From Dictyostelium discoideum (taxonomy: Eukaryota): a DNA stretch of 64,000 nt. This document shows, in pieces, positions 61,904 to 64,000 of this stretch. The stretch lies in contig CM000150.2 of NCBI GenBank assembly GCA_000004695.1, positions 4,704,001 to 4,768,000 on the forward strand, in the 5' to 3' direction. The notes under the pieces are model-generated. The model ran no database searches. It was not told where the DNA came from and worked only from the letters and a program-made list of their open reading frames with translations. Both the position numbers and the translations under genes were made by a program. Position 1 is the stretch's first letter; every line of letters begins with the position of its first letter.

Positions 61904-63412
61904 AAAGATAAATTAGAAGAAATAATGTTAGTTAGAACACCAGTTATATTGGTTATTGAAGATTTTGAAACATGGAATTCAGAGGTATTATCAGATCTTA
62001 TTCATTTACTTTCAGCATATCGTCATAGGATACCATTTGTATTATCATTTTCAATTTCAACAAGTGCTGATGCAATTCATAAAGTTTTACCCTATCAAGT
62101 GGTGTCACTATTAAATTTAAAATCACTTCATCTTCGTTCTCAAAATGAAATGTTTGAACAATTAGTAAAACATTTATTTTTAAAAAGTCAACCATATATC
62201 ATTAGTAAAAAAGCTTATTTATATTTATATTATAATTTTAAAAATTCTTATATGTCACTTTCAACAACAATATCAGTATTAAGAGTATGTATATATGCAA
62301 ATATATTACTTATTAATAAATTAAATATACTAATTTATTATTATTATTATTATTTATTATCTATTCTTATTTATATAGCATTTTATTATTGATCATTTTT
62401 TAGAGAATGGATTATCATATTTGACTTTAGATCTTTCAAATTTTCAAATTGATTTAAAAGATGATGATGATGATATGGATGGTTGTTCAACAATAAAGCT
62501 TGAACCTGAAAATGATTCAACTGATTCAACTGTTAACGATGAAGTAGGAACAGGTGATAATATTGATAATGATAATGTATCAACACATGGTGAAGAAGAT
62601 ACACCCGATAGTCTTGTCAAAAGTGATATTGAATGTCAAACATTATCATACTCAAGTGATGATGAAAGAAATGATTATGATACTTCAACAGATTCTGATA
62701 ATTGTTCTAATTTTCATAAAAAAAAACCTAATAGTAATAATAGAATTAAAAGTGATTTAGAGTGTAATGATAATGATAAGGATAATGATGATAATGATAA
62801 TGATATTAATGAAAATAATAATAATATTAATAATAATAATAATAATAATAGTAATAATGATGATAATGATAAGGATTCATTTGGACCAAAAAGAATACCA
62901 AATCAAAGATTTGTAACCTTAATTCAAAAATTACCATCTTTAAATACAGATGAAATTGAAAATTCAAAGATTTCAACAAATAGAAAACTAAATAAATTAC
63001 AAAGTAATTTAATAATATTTAAAGAGAGTAGACCAATAATGTTGGAATTATATTATACGATTCTATCGAAATTCCAAAAATCAAAAACATTGAAATATTC
63101 AGAACTACTCAAGAAAATATCATTAAATGATAGAAAATCATATGAAACATTAAGAAAGACAATTTTAACAAATCCAGAATCCAAACAATCAATTGAAACA
63201 TTATTAGATTTGTTGAAAACCTCAAGACATCACTTCGAAAGAATTATCAAAGCCACCAATAGTTTAAAATTATTCCAAACACCAAAGAGCAAAAAGTATC
63301 AGGATTTAGTGAAAATTGAAAATCTAATTTTAAAATGTAGAACTTTGTCAAATAATTTTAAAAATCTATTATTACCTCCAGATGAACAATCAAAATCTAT
63401 TAAAAATGAAAT

Positions 63413-63482
<70 letters not shown>

Positions 63483-63668
63483 AAAATTGAAAATGAACAA
63501 AAAAATTGGAGCATTAAAAAGAAAAGAGAACATCAACTTCGAAATATTCAAAAACCAACAGATTCTTATTTTAAAATTTATTCAAGAGAATTTTTAGATG
63601 ATATAGTTTCTGTTATTATAGAGTAAAATTTTTTATTTTTATTTTTTTTAATTTATTTATTATTTTTA

Positions 63669-63703
<35 letters not shown>

Positions 63704-64000
63704 TTCAATTTTAGGGATTATTTATATCCTCCATTAGTTTCAGTGCCCTTATCAGAAATATTTGATTTTACCCAAACAGTATTCATTACCCAAAGTAGAT
63801 TCAATTTCCATACAGCAGAAGGAATTAACGATAATTTAATACATTCAGTAAGAAAATTAAAATGTGAATGCTGTATTGATTCTCTTTGTGGTACTATGGA
63901 TGATTTTTCAATTTCGTTTGTACCATTTTATTTTATTTTATTTTTATTTTATTTTTTTATACAAATTTGTATTTAATACTAATAATAATATTTTTAAAAA
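60421..64000 (+). CDS. orcC: Origin recognition complex subunit 3 (ORC3) with an extra N-terminal PHD-like zinc-finger exon. It has at least 5 exons and is 3'-incomplete at the window end.
   Basis: Exons are 60421..60579 (C4HC3 finger), 60748..60984, 61097..62284, 62406..63622 and 63715 to beyond 63910. Exon 3 contains RTPVILVIEDFETWNSEVLSDLIHLLSAYRHRIPFVLSFSISTSADAIHKVLPYQVVSLL, collinear with human ORC3 (PVVVILKDMESF...LPHAVSSLL). A TACTAAC branch point precedes the exon 3 acceptor. Confidence 0.7.

Overview
This is an extremely AT-rich, gene-dense eukaryotic nuclear segment. Several signatures point to Dictyostelium discoideum: hssA/B-like genes, Dicty_CTDC repeats, tRNA-gene-targeted TRE retroelements, poly-Q/N coding tracts, and short GTAAGT/GTATGT...AG introns. 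I found no prokaryotic-type system (no CRISPR, no operons).

The 5' end holds a degenerate TRE3-like non-LTR retrotransposon sitting downstream of a tRNA-Thr(AGU) gene. An ex-B box lies between the two, and a possible TRE5-type 3' remnant lies 44 bp upstream of the tRNA.

I resolved the exon structure of about 25 protein-coding genes. Housekeeping genes include BUD31, beta-carbonic anhydrase, an AN1 zinc-finger protein, RPL30, translin, the selenocysteine elongation factor eEFSec, CPSF2, a DDX49-like DEAD-box helicase, Raptor and ORC3 (partial at the window end). Dictyostelium-specific or hypothetical genes include a Dicty_CTDC protein, an LRR/EGF membrane protein, a C2 plus calpain-III-like repeat protein, a His-rich membrane protein, a CUE-domain prion-like protein, a TTC39-like protein and several secreted proteins.

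The most unusual structure is a decaying tandem array of hssA/B-like small Gly/Cys-rich genes. It contains two intact copies, one divergent copy, one nonsense-mutant copy, one internally deleted relic and one 3' fragment. All share a conserved TATA-containing promoter and repeated flanks.

The ORF track uses alternative start codons (TTG/GTG written as M) and reports many spurious ORFs in A/T homopolymer regions and in antisense frames of repeats.
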